From an uncultured Candidatus Saccharibacteria bacterium (lineage in GTDB: Bacteria > Patescibacteriota > Saccharimonadia > CAILAD01 > BJGX01), in the NCBI GenBank assembly GCA_964425715.1, contig CAYRNO010000003.1:1-62792 (forward strand): a stretch of DNA of 62,792 nucleotides. Direction: 5' to 3'. Shown in pieces: positions 1 to 10,334 of the stretch. Position 1 is the stretch's first letter; each line of letters begins with the position of its first letter. The position numbers and the translations under genes are program-made. The notes under the pieces are model-generated. The model was not told the origin of the DNA. It saw only the letters and a program-made list of their open reading frames with translations, and made no database searches.

Positions 1-906
1 ATTGTGAGGGCTCAGTATGACATTTGGCATCTTTTCCAACACTGCCAATTCGGCTGATAATTTCAGCTCTTTTGCAGAACCATTCTTTAGTAGTGCCATC
101 TCTTGATCAATATCTATCATTGCTTCTCCGTCTAGTACATCTAGCCCAGCACCAGCCAATTTATTATTTTGCAGAGCATCAATCAGTGCGAGGTTATCTA
201 CTAAGTCACCCCGTGCAGTATTGATAAGTATTGCACTGTTTTTGAATTTATTTAGAGCTTCTTTATCTATAAGTTTTTGATTCTCTTTGACTGCTGGAAC
301 GTGAAGAGTTACGAAATCAGAGTTCGTGAGTAGATCGTTTAGCTCAACATATTCAAAACCCAGTTGCTTAGCTACTTCAGGCCTTGGGAAAGGATCATAG
401 GCGATGACTCTCATTTCGAAGCCTTTGGCTATCTTGATTACCCTTTGACCTATTTTGCCTGCCCCTATTACACCCAATGTAGATCCAGCCAAATCAGTAC
501 CAACCAGAAGCGTGTGGTCTATCTGTCCGTATTGTACTTGAGTAATGGAGTCTTGTATCTTACGAGTGAGAGAGAGTAGAAGTGCAAAAGTATATTCTGC
601 TACTGTATGCTCGCCATAGTTTGGCACATTGCAAACCACCACGTTATGCTGCTTGGCCGATTTGATATCTATATTGTCATATCCCGTAGAACGACAAACT
701 ATATATTTCAAATTTGGTAATTTGGAAAGCATTGCAGCTGTTATCTTTGAAGTCACAAAGACCGAGATCACCTCTGCATTACTAGCTAGATCCATCGAGT
801 CTTCATTGAGTGGCTCAGGGTGACATTCTACTTCGGTGGACACACCCAGCAACTGACTGTATATTTCGATTTCATTTTGTTCTAAGTCAAATAATACTAC
901 TTTCAT
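1..906 (-). CDS. D-isomer-specific 2-hydroxyacid dehydrogenase family (glycerate/lactate dehydrogenase-like); C-terminus outside window
   Basis: Not in ORF track because it runs off the edge. Hand translation from ATG at 906-904 gives MKVVLFDLEQNEIEIY... and stays open to position 1. NAD-binding TLGVIGAGKIGQRV read at about 421-480. ATGA overlap with the eno stop. Confidence 0.8.
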   Translation of the reverse strand, partial: MKVVLFDLEQNEIEIYSQLLGVSTEVECHPEPLNEDSMDLASNAEVISVFVTSKITAAMLSKLPNLKYIVCRSTGYDNIDIKSAKQHNVVVCNVPNYGEHTVAEYTFALLLSLTRKIQDSITQVQYGQIDHTLLVGTDLAGSTLGVIGAGKIGQRVIKIAKGFEMRVIAYDPFPRPEVAKQLGFEYVELNDLLTNSDFVTLHVPAVKENQKLIDKEALNKFKNSAILINTARGDLVDNLALIDALQNNKLAGAGLDVLDGEAMIDIDQEMALLKNGSAKELKLSAELAVLEKMPNVILSPHN

Positions 907-2114
907 TCTATCTCCTTTGATATTTCTAATAATCTATCATATTTGGCAACCCTTTCGCCTCGTACAGGTGCACCTATCTTGATACCATATGCACCTACTG
1001 CATAAGCCAAGTCACTTATAAAAGTACTTGATGTTTCGCCGCTGCGATGACTAACTATCACTTTCATGTTGTAGTCATTTGCAGTTTTAATAGTCTGCAT
1101 AGTCTCAGTCATTGTGCCTATCTGATTGGGTTTGATTATAACGCCATCGATAAGACCTTCTTTTGAATATTTGTCAGTGAGTTCTGAATTGGTGACAGTT
1201 AGGTCATCACCGACAACCAAGTACGAGTGATCAGATGTTGCTAATTTCTTCCAGGCATCTATGTCATCTTCAGCGAAAGGATCTTCTATGGACAACATGC
1301 CGTAATCTCTACTGTATTTATTGTAAGTTTCTAACAGTTGTTGCGAGTCTAGGCTCTTCTTCTCGTAAATATATTTTCCATCTTTATAAAATGAGCTTGC
1401 TGCAGAGTCTAGTGCAAAATCAAAATAATTATCCATAGAGTCATTGATGGATTTGTATATTTCCAAAATTTGCTGTGCCGTGGCACCAACAGGTGCAAAT
1501 CCACCTTCATCGCCAACTAGTTCTGCGCCAGTTCCAAATATTTTGGAAAGTTCTTGTTTGAGATTGTTTCTAAAATGAGTAATTTTTTCGATCGAGTCTG
1601 GCATATCGTTGTTTTTTGGAACAACCATGAACTCCTGTATGTCTAGACCTGGAGCATGCTTACCGCCATTTACCATATTGGCATATATTCTAGGGAACCC
1701 AGTAGAGCTGGAGTAGGTCTCGCTTATATATTGCCAGAGATATTGTTTCTTGGCTTTGGCACAAAGCATAGTGTAAGCTAGGCTAGCTCCTACAATTGTG
1801 TTCGCTCCTAAGTTTGATTTGTCTGATGTACCATCAAGCTTTATGAGTAATTCATCGAATTTTTGTTGATCAAATAGTTCAAAACCTATAATCTCTTGAG
1901 ATATAGACTCGAGCTTTTCAATTGCTTTTTGTACGCCCTTACCATCGTATCTATCCGAACCATCTCTTAGTTCATGAGCCTCTTGCTTACCTGTACTAGC
2001 ACCAGCTGGCACTCCAAATACTGCATTGATATCATCGCATGATAGCGCAACTTCTATTGTTGGTTCACCGCGAGAGTCTAGTATTTCTGTAGCACTTACA
2101 TCCGTAATTTTCAT
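903..2114 (-). CDS. eno: enolase (phosphopyruvate hydratase)
   Basis: 403 aa. ILDSRGEPTIEV N-terminus and SHRSGET motif typical of enolase. Confidence 0.93.
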   Translation of the reverse strand: MKITDVSATEILDSRGEPTIEVALSCDDINAVFGVPAGASTGKQEAHELRDGSDRYDGKGVQKAIEKLESISQEIIGFELFDQQKFDELLIKLDGTSDKSNLGANTIVGASLAYTMLCAKAKKQYLWQYISETYSSSTGFPRIYANMVNGGKHAPGLDIQEFMVVPKNNDMPDSIEKITHFRNNLKQELSKIFGTGAELVGDEGGFAPVGATAQQILEIYKSINDSMDNYFDFALDSAASSFYKDGKYIYEKKSLDSQQLLETYNKYSRDYGMLSIEDPFAEDDIDAWKKLATSDHSYLVVGDDLTVTNSELTDKYSKEGLIDGVIIKPNQIGTMTETMQTIKTANDYNMKVIVSHRSGETSSTFISDLAYAVGAYGIKIGAPVRGERVAKYDRLLEISKEIE

Positions 2115-3379
2115 TTTTTACCACCTAGAGCTAGCATAAAGTCAGAAACATTCGCAGTGACTCTATTGATCTGTAGATGATCATTAAGGATGTGTAGGGT
2201 ATCATATCCACTATTCTTTTCAACTGCATCAGCTGCATTTAGATTATGCTCTTTTAATTCTTTGATGCTTATTTCGCTATCAGCAATAGCTCCAGCTACA
2301 TCTACATTGTCCTTGCCATCACTAGCAGCTGAGATTATTACACTGTTTTTGGGTAGGCTCGGTATAGCCGAGAGTACAACATCTTGATTGCGACCACCCT
2401 TACCAGGATGTTTGACTACGACTTGAGTTTCTCCACATGCTAGCAATGCAACACCTGGACGGATATTTTTTGCCAATTCGGGGCCTATCTTGTTTGCCAT
2501 ACCAGCAATCTCTCTACTATATATCTTTGGTTCATAACCTAGTTCAATTGCTTTTTGTTTCATGCCTTCAACTGCAGTGGATCCGCTAGCAAGTATGATA
2601 TTGGTCACACGTTTGAAATATTTTGGATCTTTAGGGGTATCGACAAGTTCTATTTTGGGCAGTTGATATTTGTTGATTATAGCGAGCGCATCATCAGTAC
2701 TTGTCTTGTCGAGTACTGTTGGACCGGATGCGATGAAGTTGAGATCATCGCCAACCACATCGGAAATCACCATTGAGACTACTTCGGCAGGATAAGCATA
2801 TTGTGCTAAATATCCACCGTGAATGAGCGACACATGTTTTCGGACTGTATTTATTTCTTGTATGCTAGCACCTTGTCTCAAAAGAAAACTTGAAATAAAC
2901 TGTAGCTCCAAGCAGGTTAATCCACCGGGCTTGCAAAATAAGGACGATCCTCCTCCGCAGATGATAACAAGTACTAAATCGTCTCTTTTTGCATTGGACA
3001 GAAGATTGGTGATTTTTTCTGTTGCCTCGATGTTTTGTTCTGAGGGAAGGGGATGAGTTCCTTTCAAGGTTTCAATCTTTTGCAATTTAATTGAAACAGT
3101 GTCAATCACAAAACCTGCTTTTATCCTTCCAGGAGTAAGTATTTCTTCTAGAGCCTTTGCAGCATGATCTGAGCCTTTACCAACTCCAACCACATATATA
3201 TTGTTGTATCTTGCTAGATCAAATTTATGGTTTTCGATTTGCAATTCATCGTTTTTTAGTGATATTTTACTCTTAAATATATCTTCCATTTTTATAGCTT
3301 CGTACCCAGCTTCAACTATTTCTAAAGCATCGCTACGAAGTTTATTCTTGGCTAGTTCTTTTGTGTTTTTTATTATCAT
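2111..3379 (-). CDS. glycerate kinase, GckA/TtuD (MOFRL) type
   Basis: 422 aa. VVGVGKGS and CGGGSSL motifs and a C-terminal MOFRL-like region. 4-nt overlap with eno. Confidence 0.75.
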   Translation of the reverse strand: MIIKNTKELAKNKLRSDALEIVEAGYEAIKMEDIFKSKISLKNDELQIENHKFDLARYNNIYVVGVGKGSDHAAKALEEILTPGRIKAGFVIDTVSIKLQKIETLKGTHPLPSEQNIEATEKITNLLSNAKRDDLVLVIICGGGSSLFCKPGGLTCLELQFISSFLLRQGASIQEINTVRKHVSLIHGGYLAQYAYPAEVVSMVISDVVGDDLNFIASGPTVLDKTSTDDALAIINKYQLPKIELVDTPKDPKYFKRVTNIILASGSTAVEGMKQKAIELGYEPKIYSREIAGMANKIGPELAKNIRPGVALLACGETQVVVKHPGKGGRNQDVVLSAIPSLPKNSVIISAASDGKDNVDVAGAIADSEISIKELKEHNLNAADAVEKNSGYDTLHILNDHLQINRVTANVSDFMLALGGKK

Positions 3380-3424
3380 TTATAGTTATAGTTTATCATA
3401 TTACTACTTTATTATGCTCAATCA

Positions 3425-3462
3425 TAAAAAAGCCGCCAACCATATAATCTAGTTGACGGGCT
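3425..3462 (-). terminator. intrinsic terminator overlapping the stop of the 142-aa ORF
   Basis: Minus strand AGCCCGTCAAC-loop (contains the TAG stop)-GTTGGCGGCT followed by a T-run. Confidence 0.55.
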
Positions 3463-3877
3463 TGAGGTGGGTCGGTTGGTCCGGAGTATCTGACTCATCT
3501 GCGGTACTTAGTTCGTATGACCATCCGGTGTTTAGTCTGGGAATCACATCAGGTACTAATTCATGAGTTTGATTTTTATTGACTACAGTGAGCACTACAC
3601 TACCAAGTCCTGCGATGCCATGTGTATAGTATCTATTTCCTCTACACATTTTTAGTAGGTGTAGACGATCGTCGAACATTATCCTAATTCGTTTTGTGAA
3701 AGTATTATCTGGCTTGATAATCTTAACTGCAAATATGATATGTACTATTCCGTGTCGTACATAGAATTCTACTACTTGTCCTACATATAGCATGTCTTCA
3801 GTCATTATCGCTAAGTGCACTTGAAGATCGGATTGTTCATGGAGATCTGCTAACTGGCTCCAGCGGTACAAGTTCAT
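3449..3877 (-). CDS. hypothetical protein (142 aa)
   Basis: Long ORF with its own terminator. No motif recognised. Somewhat higher GC than neighbours. Confidence 0.55.
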   Translation of the reverse strand: MNLYRWSQLADLHEQSDLQVHLAIMTEDMLYVGQVVEFYVRHGIVHIIFAVKIIKPDNTFTKRIRIMFDDRLHLLKMCRGNRYYTHGIAGLGSVVLTVVNKNQTHELVPDVIPRLNTGWSYELSTADESDTPDQPTHLKPVN

Positions 3878-3972
3878 TCCCCCTGTTAAGGTATCCGGAT
3901 CAAAACTTCAGACCATAGAGTAATACAATAATTTATATAAATCAATCATATAATATTATTATTGGACATTTT

Positions 3973-5214
3973 ATGTGTGTTAGCATATATATTATGAAGG
4001 AAATTGCTACTAGCTCTATTCACGCACTTCAGGATTATGCTGAAGTGTTAGGTGAAGACATTATTAAAAAACTAGAGGTCAATTCGAAAGACTTAAGTAC
4101 AACTAAGATAGTAGAAATAAATTCTACTCCAGAAGGTGGAGTCGCTGAGTTATTGAGGTCGCAAATACCTATGATGCGAAGCCTGGGTCTGGATACGAGT
4201 TGGTATGTGTTGCCAGAAAACAAAAAATTCTTCGATACGACCAAAGAATTACACAACTGCCTGCAGGGACAGTGCTCTATAGATCATGGTCTCGATCTTG
4301 AGTTTTACGATGATTATTTGGAAGACGCTGTAAAAGATATACCTCCTGCAGATTTATATATTCTGCATGATCCACAGACACTAGGTCTAGCAAAACACAT
4401 CAAAAATACACCATTGGTTTGGCGTTGTCATATAGATACTACCGATGCTCATGAGCCAAGCTACCAATGGATGTCTAATCATTTTAAATATTTTTCTGAG
4501 ATCATATTCTCTCTTGAGAGTTTTGTGCACATAGATTTAAACAGCAAGATAAATATAGTCCAACCTGCCATAGACCCTTTGTCAGATAAAAATATTACTC
4601 TGAGTCCAAGCCAAATAAAATCTCATCTCAAAGAACTTGATATTGATAAAACTGAGAAGTACATACTGCAGGTTTCGAGATTTGATAAATTCAAAAATCC
4701 AATCGGTGTACTTGAGATGTATGAAAAAATACACCAAAATACAGAAGATCTTACTTGTATTTTGGCGGGTAATTTCCCGAGCGATGACCCTGAAGGTCCA
4801 GAATATTCCAAGCTTCTAAATCGAAAAATTAAAAGCCTCAAGGGTAATATCAGACTTATTACTCAGTCCAACGATTTGCAGATAAATGCATTACAGTCCA
4901 ATGCATCAGTTGTAATTCAAAACTCAACCCGAGAAGGATTTGGCCTTACCGTTTCTGAGGCGATGTGGAAGAAAAAAATAGTATTCTCGAATGAAGTTGG
5001 AGGTATCACTGAGCAGATCATCGATAACAAGACTGGATTTTATCTCACTGGCGATATACATAAAGACGCTACCAGTATAAGGCAAGTCATAGAATCTCCC
5101 GACGAATTTATAGGTATTTGTGACTCGGCACATCAACGAGTCAAAAATAGATTTGTACTACCTGTGATGATAGATGGGTATATTACAGTTTACAAAAAAG
5201 CATTAAATATATAA
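3973..5214 (+). CDS. GT4 glycosyltransferase, trehalose synthase (TreT)-like
   Basis: 413 aa. QVSRFDKFKNP and REGFGLTVSEAMWK motifs resemble TreT-type GT4 enzymes (from memory). An alternative start exists at 3994. Confidence 0.65.
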   Translation: MCVSIYIMKEIATSSIHALQDYAEVLGEDIIKKLEVNSKDLSTTKIVEINSTPEGGVAELLRSQIPMMRSLGLDTSWYVLPENKKFFDTTKELHNCLQGQCSIDHGLDLEFYDDYLEDAVKDIPPADLYILHDPQTLGLAKHIKNTPLVWRCHIDTTDAHEPSYQWMSNHFKYFSEIIFSLESFVHIDLNSKINIVQPAIDPLSDKNITLSPSQIKSHLKELDIDKTEKYILQVSRFDKFKNPIGVLEMYEKIHQNTEDLTCILAGNFPSDDPEGPEYSKLLNRKIKSLKGNIRLITQSNDLQINALQSNASVVIQNSTREGFGLTVSEAMWKKKIVFSNEVGGITEQIIDNKTGFYLTGDIHKDATSIRQVIESPDEFIGICDSAHQRVKNRFVLPVMIDGYITVYKKALNI

Positions 5215-6513
5215 TTATTTTACAGAGGCCATCGAATCAAATCCAAGTAGGGGTTTATTGAATGCTGGATGTTTTACGAACTCTAAACTATCATCATTGA
5301 GTTTGTCAAAGAAGTTGCCTGACAGTACGCAGTTGACAGGACCTATAATTTTGCCATTTTCAATATATAGAGCCGAGGGGCAGGGAAGAGAATAATCTCC
5401 AGTAGTCGGATTTTGAGTGTGTATCCCTAGCACTGACAGTATTAGAATAAATCTTGGGTGTGTCGTCAGGTAGTCTTCATAGTCGTTGGTGCCATATTCA
5501 GCGCTACTTAGAGATGACAATACTAGAGGTTTGAGCCCAAGCTTGGAGGCCGTCTGTAAGTCACATATTGGATCGACAAGTCTACCTTTCTCAAGAATGG
5601 TGAATTTTTTACCTACAATACCTTCGGTAGAGAAATTGAAACTATCAGTATCCATTGGCTTAGTTTGATCGACATTTATGTTGATATCGTTTCTTGCTAT
5701 TTGTTTGTCCTTAGCAAAGTCATCAATATCAAACCTAGATACTTTAGACTCCACTAGGGTGCCGTTGATATTTTCTAGTATATATTTATCTAAAATACCA
5801 AATCCAGCATATGGAATGAATAGAACGGGTAAATTGTGGCCAGATAATTTGACCGGCTTTTGTTTTAGATCTTTGGCAAATTGGGCGATTCGATGAGTTT
5901 TGGAAAATTCGCTAATAGGTATAAAATCGCAAGACTCATTGGATGCTGATATTTCAGCATTGTATTCAATGTAGTAGTCATGCGAAGTGTCAACTGATTT
6001 CATATCATTGCCGTTCGAACTTATGAAGCGTTTTTCATTGTATCTAATCGATACCTGAGATTCGATGGATTTTAAGCCAAGTGATTTTTGGTCTTCAAAA
6101 AGCAACTTGGTGTATTCTACTATTTCTTTTGGACTTGATTTAATAATGCTCTCAAGCTTAGAGCTACTTAGCTGTATAGGATTGTAGTTTGATACTTTTG
6201 GAGCAAGCTTGATCTGGTCAGTATATTTAAATGCAGTCTTTTTGATAACATCTGTTGTAGCTTTAAGATCCTCGATTGCATTTGGATTCAAACTACCTTT
6301 TGCCTGCTTATTGTCTTTAGTAGTGATAAGATAGATAATTCTTGAGTGAGTATGGTTTTGAATTGGCTGATAGATACCACCCAAATCCTCGTTATTGAAG
6401 CCAGCCTTGAGTACCGATTGGTTCTCTTCATAAAGTTGAAATTGATCAAATGTTTTGTCTTTGGATAAATGATCTGCAAGCTGGTCTATAGTTGTACTTG
6501 AACGTCTCATCAT
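5215..6513 (-). CDS. pmbA: PmbA/TldE-family metallopeptidase partner
   Basis: 432 aa. Overlaps the upstream tldD by 4 nt. C-terminal GDYSLP...ENGK pattern of the PmbA/TldD fold. Confidence 0.7.
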   Translation of the reverse strand: MMRRSSTTIDQLADHLSKDKTFDQFQLYEENQSVLKAGFNNEDLGGIYQPIQNHTHSRIIYLITTKDNKQAKGSLNPNAIEDLKATTDVIKKTAFKYTDQIKLAPKVSNYNPIQLSSSKLESIIKSSPKEIVEYTKLLFEDQKSLGLKSIESQVSIRYNEKRFISSNGNDMKSVDTSHDYYIEYNAEISASNESCDFIPISEFSKTHRIAQFAKDLKQKPVKLSGHNLPVLFIPYAGFGILDKYILENINGTLVESKVSRFDIDDFAKDKQIARNDININVDQTKPMDTDSFNFSTEGIVGKKFTILEKGRLVDPICDLQTASKLGLKPLVLSSLSSAEYGTNDYEDYLTTHPRFILILSVLGIHTQNPTTGDYSLPCPSALYIENGKIIGPVNCVLSGNFFDKLNDDSLEFVKHPAFNKPLLGFDSMASVK

Positions 6514-8012
6514 ACCACCTTTATTTTATCTGTTGCATTAAAGAACATTAGCTTGTTACCGCCGCTTCTTACATGAGCTGTTTGCTCTGCTTTACCACAA
6601 AAACCAGCGGTGTTTTTTTCTATATCACCGACTCCATATTCTAGTGCCTCTAGAGCTCCTATCACATTTCCAGAAAACGATACAGGCTTTTTAGCCTCTG
6701 CCTTGTCTTTAGTGAGCTCATATACAAAACATGTTCCAAACATAAAGTCTCCTGTTGCTGGTGATACCATACCCCCGGCCATTTCTATCAAATAAATTAT
6801 CTTCGGATGTTTATTAAATATTCCAAGTTCTTTTAAGGCTGACTGAAGTATGTAGGGGTTGTTAAGATTGGAGTCCTTTGGATGGGTTAATTTTTTTATT
6901 TTATTCATAGAAATATATGTATTACTCATACGTGGTATTGCAGGTGAATGGTATGTTTCTGATCTTTCGCAGTTTTTATTTTCCACTCCTATCTTAGATG
7001 AGCTAAACACATCACTGATTGATTCTTTGAGTATTCCTTTATCGATAATAGTAACTGGAAGTCGCGCATTACCAAATGCTCCATAGGGATGGTAGCCATG
7101 AGCTAGATCTTCTTCATGATCCTCAATTGTCACTTCTTTATGGGCTATCTTTTGGCCTGACCTATACTTGGTATCTTGGCCTGCCAAGACGCTACTATTG
7201 GACTCAACGAGATCGGATTCGGCTGGATGACCAAGCGCCTCGTGAGCAAGCATTCCTCCTAAATCAGCATCAATAATGACAGGGAATTGACCAGGTTGCA
7301 TTGCTGGGGCATTCAGCTGCTCCTCTAGCATATTGATAGTAGCAGAAAGTTTGTCATTGTAATTGTCGGTATTTGAAAACAACAATTCTGGAGTAGTATC
7401 TATCATTCGCAATCTCCCGCTCACTGTATTGGATTTTTGCCTGAGAGTCATAGTCATATTGACTCTTGCCTTGGGGACCACCCAGTCGACATCGGTGCCG
7501 TCGCTTCTAATGATTCGCCACATATCTATTTCGACATTAAATCCAAGCAGAGTATTAAGATTTGGTGATTTCTTCTTGGATATCTTATCCAGTTGGGCTA
7601 GATTAGCTGTTATCGACTTTATATCAATATCCGCAATATTATACTCATGATAATGAGATTGATCTTGACCCAAGTTCTTCTGTTTTTGTAGATTATAAAT
7701 TTCTGCTGCGCTGTTGAGATTCTCTTCTTCGTTTTTTGATGCAATGGCCTTTAGATTGTCAAATAACTCGATACATGAATCCTCAGTACAGTTATTGGTA
7801 GACCCAAAAGATACATGACCAGATTTGGTAAATACATACATTCCAATTCCTATATCGCTAACCACGCTAGTTTTGTCAACAGCACCGTTCTTGTATAAAA
7901 GGTTGAAAATTTCATGCTTGTGAATTCGGATTACTGTATAGTATCCCTGCTTTTTTGATCTTTTCAAAACGGTGTCGATAGTACTGTTGAATTCTTGTAA
8001 CAATTTACTCAT
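6510..8012 (-). CDS. tldD: TldD-family metallopeptidase
   Basis: 500 aa. HEALGHPAESD (HExxxH) motif. Confidence 0.85.
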   Translation of the reverse strand: MSKLLQEFNSTIDTVLKRSKKQGYYTVIRIHKHEIFNLLYKNGAVDKTSVVSDIGIGMYVFTKSGHVSFGSTNNCTEDSCIELFDNLKAIASKNEEENLNSAAEIYNLQKQKNLGQDQSHYHEYNIADIDIKSITANLAQLDKISKKKSPNLNTLLGFNVEIDMWRIIRSDGTDVDWVVPKARVNMTMTLRQKSNTVSGRLRMIDTTPELLFSNTDNYNDKLSATINMLEEQLNAPAMQPGQFPVIIDADLGGMLAHEALGHPAESDLVESNSSVLAGQDTKYRSGQKIAHKEVTIEDHEEDLAHGYHPYGAFGNARLPVTIIDKGILKESISDVFSSSKIGVENKNCERSETYHSPAIPRMSNTYISMNKIKKLTHPKDSNLNNPYILQSALKELGIFNKHPKIIYLIEMAGGMVSPATGDFMFGTCFVYELTKDKAEAKKPVSFSGNVIGALEALEYGVGDIEKNTAGFCGKAEQTAHVRSGGNKLMFFNATDKIKVV

Positions 8013-8053
8013 AACGAGTATTATAACCTGATAGGCATATTATATGTATAGAT

Positions 8054-8419
8054 TTAGCTGAGTATTTTATTGACGTTACTTACCAGCTTGGCCAAAGATG
8101 TATCAGTTTTTAGGATATAGCATTCAATACCTAGTTTCTCCGCAGCATCTACTTTGTCTGGTTCTTTGAAATTGGAGAATATTATTACTGGTACTTCTGA
8201 GTTCGCTTCACTCCGGATATACTCGAGTACTTCTAGTCCATTTTTTTTGGGCATTGCTATATCTAAGAGTACTAGATCAGGCTTGATACTATCAAACAAT
8301 TCAATGCCTTCTTCGCCGTCCATAGCATAAGACACCTGGTACTTGATGCCATCAAATTTAGCTTTGATGGCCTTGATAAGCGATGGGTTGTCTTCGATGA
8401 TTAATATACGATTTGCCAT
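8054..8419 (-). CDS. stand-alone response-regulator receiver domain (CheY-like)
   Basis: 121 aa. ILIIEDN...DLVLLDIAMPKKNG phospho-acceptor pattern. No output domain and no kinase nearby. Confidence 0.85.
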   Translation of the reverse strand: MANRILIIEDNPSLIKAIKAKFDGIKYQVSYAMDGEEGIELFDSIKPDLVLLDIAMPKKNGLEVLEYIRSEANSEVPVIIFSNFKEPDKVDAAEKLGIECYILKTDTSLAKLVSNVNKILS

Positions 8420-8547
8420 AGATGATTTGTATTGAACTTATAAATACATTCATAATCATAATAGATTAAAATGCTGCTTCTAACAATATGTATTATCCTA
8501 AGTCTATTTATATGATTTAATGATTCTAATCTGCTAGTATAAAACTA

Positions 8548-9813
8548 ATGTTAGGAAGAACCAGGCAATTACTACACGTATTTCAAAGAAAGAACAAAGA
8601 TCTCAAACAAGAAGATGTTGCAGAGGCTCGCAAGTATATTGAGCAATATTGGAAACATCTCAAAAGATTCAATCCCAAGCAAGATTCTACTCTGATTGCA
8701 TTGCCCAATCCTTATCTTGTACCGGCTTATGAGCCGGGTAGAGAATTTGATTTTCCAGAACAATATTATTGGGATAGTTATTTTATAGCCCAAGGAATGT
8801 TGGACAACAAACACAAAGATGTAGTAGTTGGGATGTTGGAAAATCTAATATTCATGTTTGATAGATTTCATATTATCCCAAACGCTAGTAGAAGCTATCT
8901 AATGGGTCGATCACATCCACCACTACTGAGTAGCTTTATATTTGACGTCTATCACGCATTCAATATGGATAAAAGATGGCTCAAGAAGATGCTTGATACT
9001 GCCAAGGCTGAATATGAAATCGTATGGATGGGTACGCACAAGCCGAATGTGCGAAGAGTTTATGGTGGATTGAGTAGGTACTATGATGTAAATGTACTAC
9101 ATGATTTAGCTGAAGCTGAGAGTGGGTGGGATATGACTACCAGATTCAATCGTAAATGCCTCAATTATCTACCAGTAGACCTAAACTCGCTTTTGTACAA
9201 ATACGAGACTGACTTCGCAAAAGCCGCTGAGATATTTGATAAGCCCGAGGAGCGTAAAGAATGGCTACAAAAAGCCGCAAAACGCAAGAGAGCCATCAAT
9301 ACTCTGATGTGGGACAATTTACACAAAACTTATTTTGACTACAATTTTGTAAAACATCGCCATTCGATGGTCAATTCTCTAGCTAGCTATTATCCTATGT
9401 GGGCGGGGATGATAGATAGTAGAAGAGCTGAGCATCTAGTCCGCAATCTGCGCAGATTTGAGCATAAGGGGGGATTGTCTTGCACTGAGCTTCCCACTAT
9501 AGCAAAGGTATCGCGCAATTCCGTTCCTACTCAGTGGGCTTATCCAAATGGTTGGGCGCCATTGCACTTTTTAGTGGTCAAAGGCTTGCAGCGATATGGT
9601 TATCATGCTCAGGCTCGTCGGATTGCCATGAAATGGCTGAGGAACAATTTAGAATGGTTCAATGCTCACGGTGATTTTATTGAAAAATACAATGTTGTAT
9701 CGCCTGAAAAACCACCAGTAAAAGGGGTTTATCCAAGTCAAGTGGGGTTTGGTTGGACTAATGCTATTTTTGAAAGATTTTGCCAAGAATTTATAGATAA
9801 TACCAAGGGCTAA
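8548..9813 (+). CDS. treA: alpha,alpha-trehalase (GH37)
   Basis: 421 aa. EQYYWDSYF and QWAYPNGWAPL match the two GH37 trehalase signatures. Confidence 0.85.
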   Translation: MLGRTRQLLHVFQRKNKDLKQEDVAEARKYIEQYWKHLKRFNPKQDSTLIALPNPYLVPAYEPGREFDFPEQYYWDSYFIAQGMLDNKHKDVVVGMLENLIFMFDRFHIIPNASRSYLMGRSHPPLLSSFIFDVYHAFNMDKRWLKKMLDTAKAEYEIVWMGTHKPNVRRVYGGLSRYYDVNVLHDLAEAESGWDMTTRFNRKCLNYLPVDLNSLLYKYETDFAKAAEIFDKPEERKEWLQKAAKRKRAINTLMWDNLHKTYFDYNFVKHRHSMVNSLASYYPMWAGMIDSRRAEHLVRNLRRFEHKGGLSCTELPTIAKVSRNSVPTQWAYPNGWAPLHFLVVKGLQRYGYHAQARRIAMKWLRNNLEWFNAHGDFIEKYNVVSPEKPPVKGVYPSQVGFGWTNAIFERFCQEFIDNTKG

Positions 9814-9847
9814 TATCGAACTATAATAAATGTGTTAAAATCTAGCT

Positions 9848-10333
9848 ATGAAGAAGTACAAACCATTGATTATCGGAATAGCTGCAGTAGTGTTGTCAGT
9901 TATTATTGTAGTAACTGTGATGTATTTCAAAAATTCCAATCAAGCAACAAAAGAGAATGAGTCAATCTCTCAATCCACTGCCACCTCAGACAATTCATCT
10001 ACCAGTACAGTAGTAGAATCAAATAATCCTGGTGCATATATAGACTATTCTCAAGATACTATAAAAAGCACCAAAGGTACTAAGGTATTGTTCTTCCATG
10101 CCCCATGGTGTCCACAATGCATGATGCTAGACAAAAGCATTAAGTCCGGCAATATCCCTGATGGCGTGACGATACTCAAAGTAGACTATGATAGCAATCA
10201 AGCCTTGCGTAAACAATACGGAGTCACACTGCAAACCACACTTGTTCGAGTAGATGACGATGGTAAGTTGATCAAAAAATATACTGCATATAATGAACCG
10301 ACACTACAGGCTCTAATAGATAACGTTTTATAG
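9848..10333 (+). CDS. membrane-anchored thioredoxin-family protein
   Basis: 161 aa. N-terminal TM helix and WCPQC active site. Confidence 0.85.
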   Translation: MKKYKPLIIGIAAVVLSVIIVVTVMYFKNSNQATKENESISQSTATSDNSSTSTVVESNNPGAYIDYSQDTIKSTKGTKVLFFHAPWCPQCMMLDKSIKSGNIPDGVTILKVDYDSNQALRKQYGVTLQTTLVRVDDDGKLIKKYTAYNEPTLQALIDNVL

Positions 10334-10334
10334 T

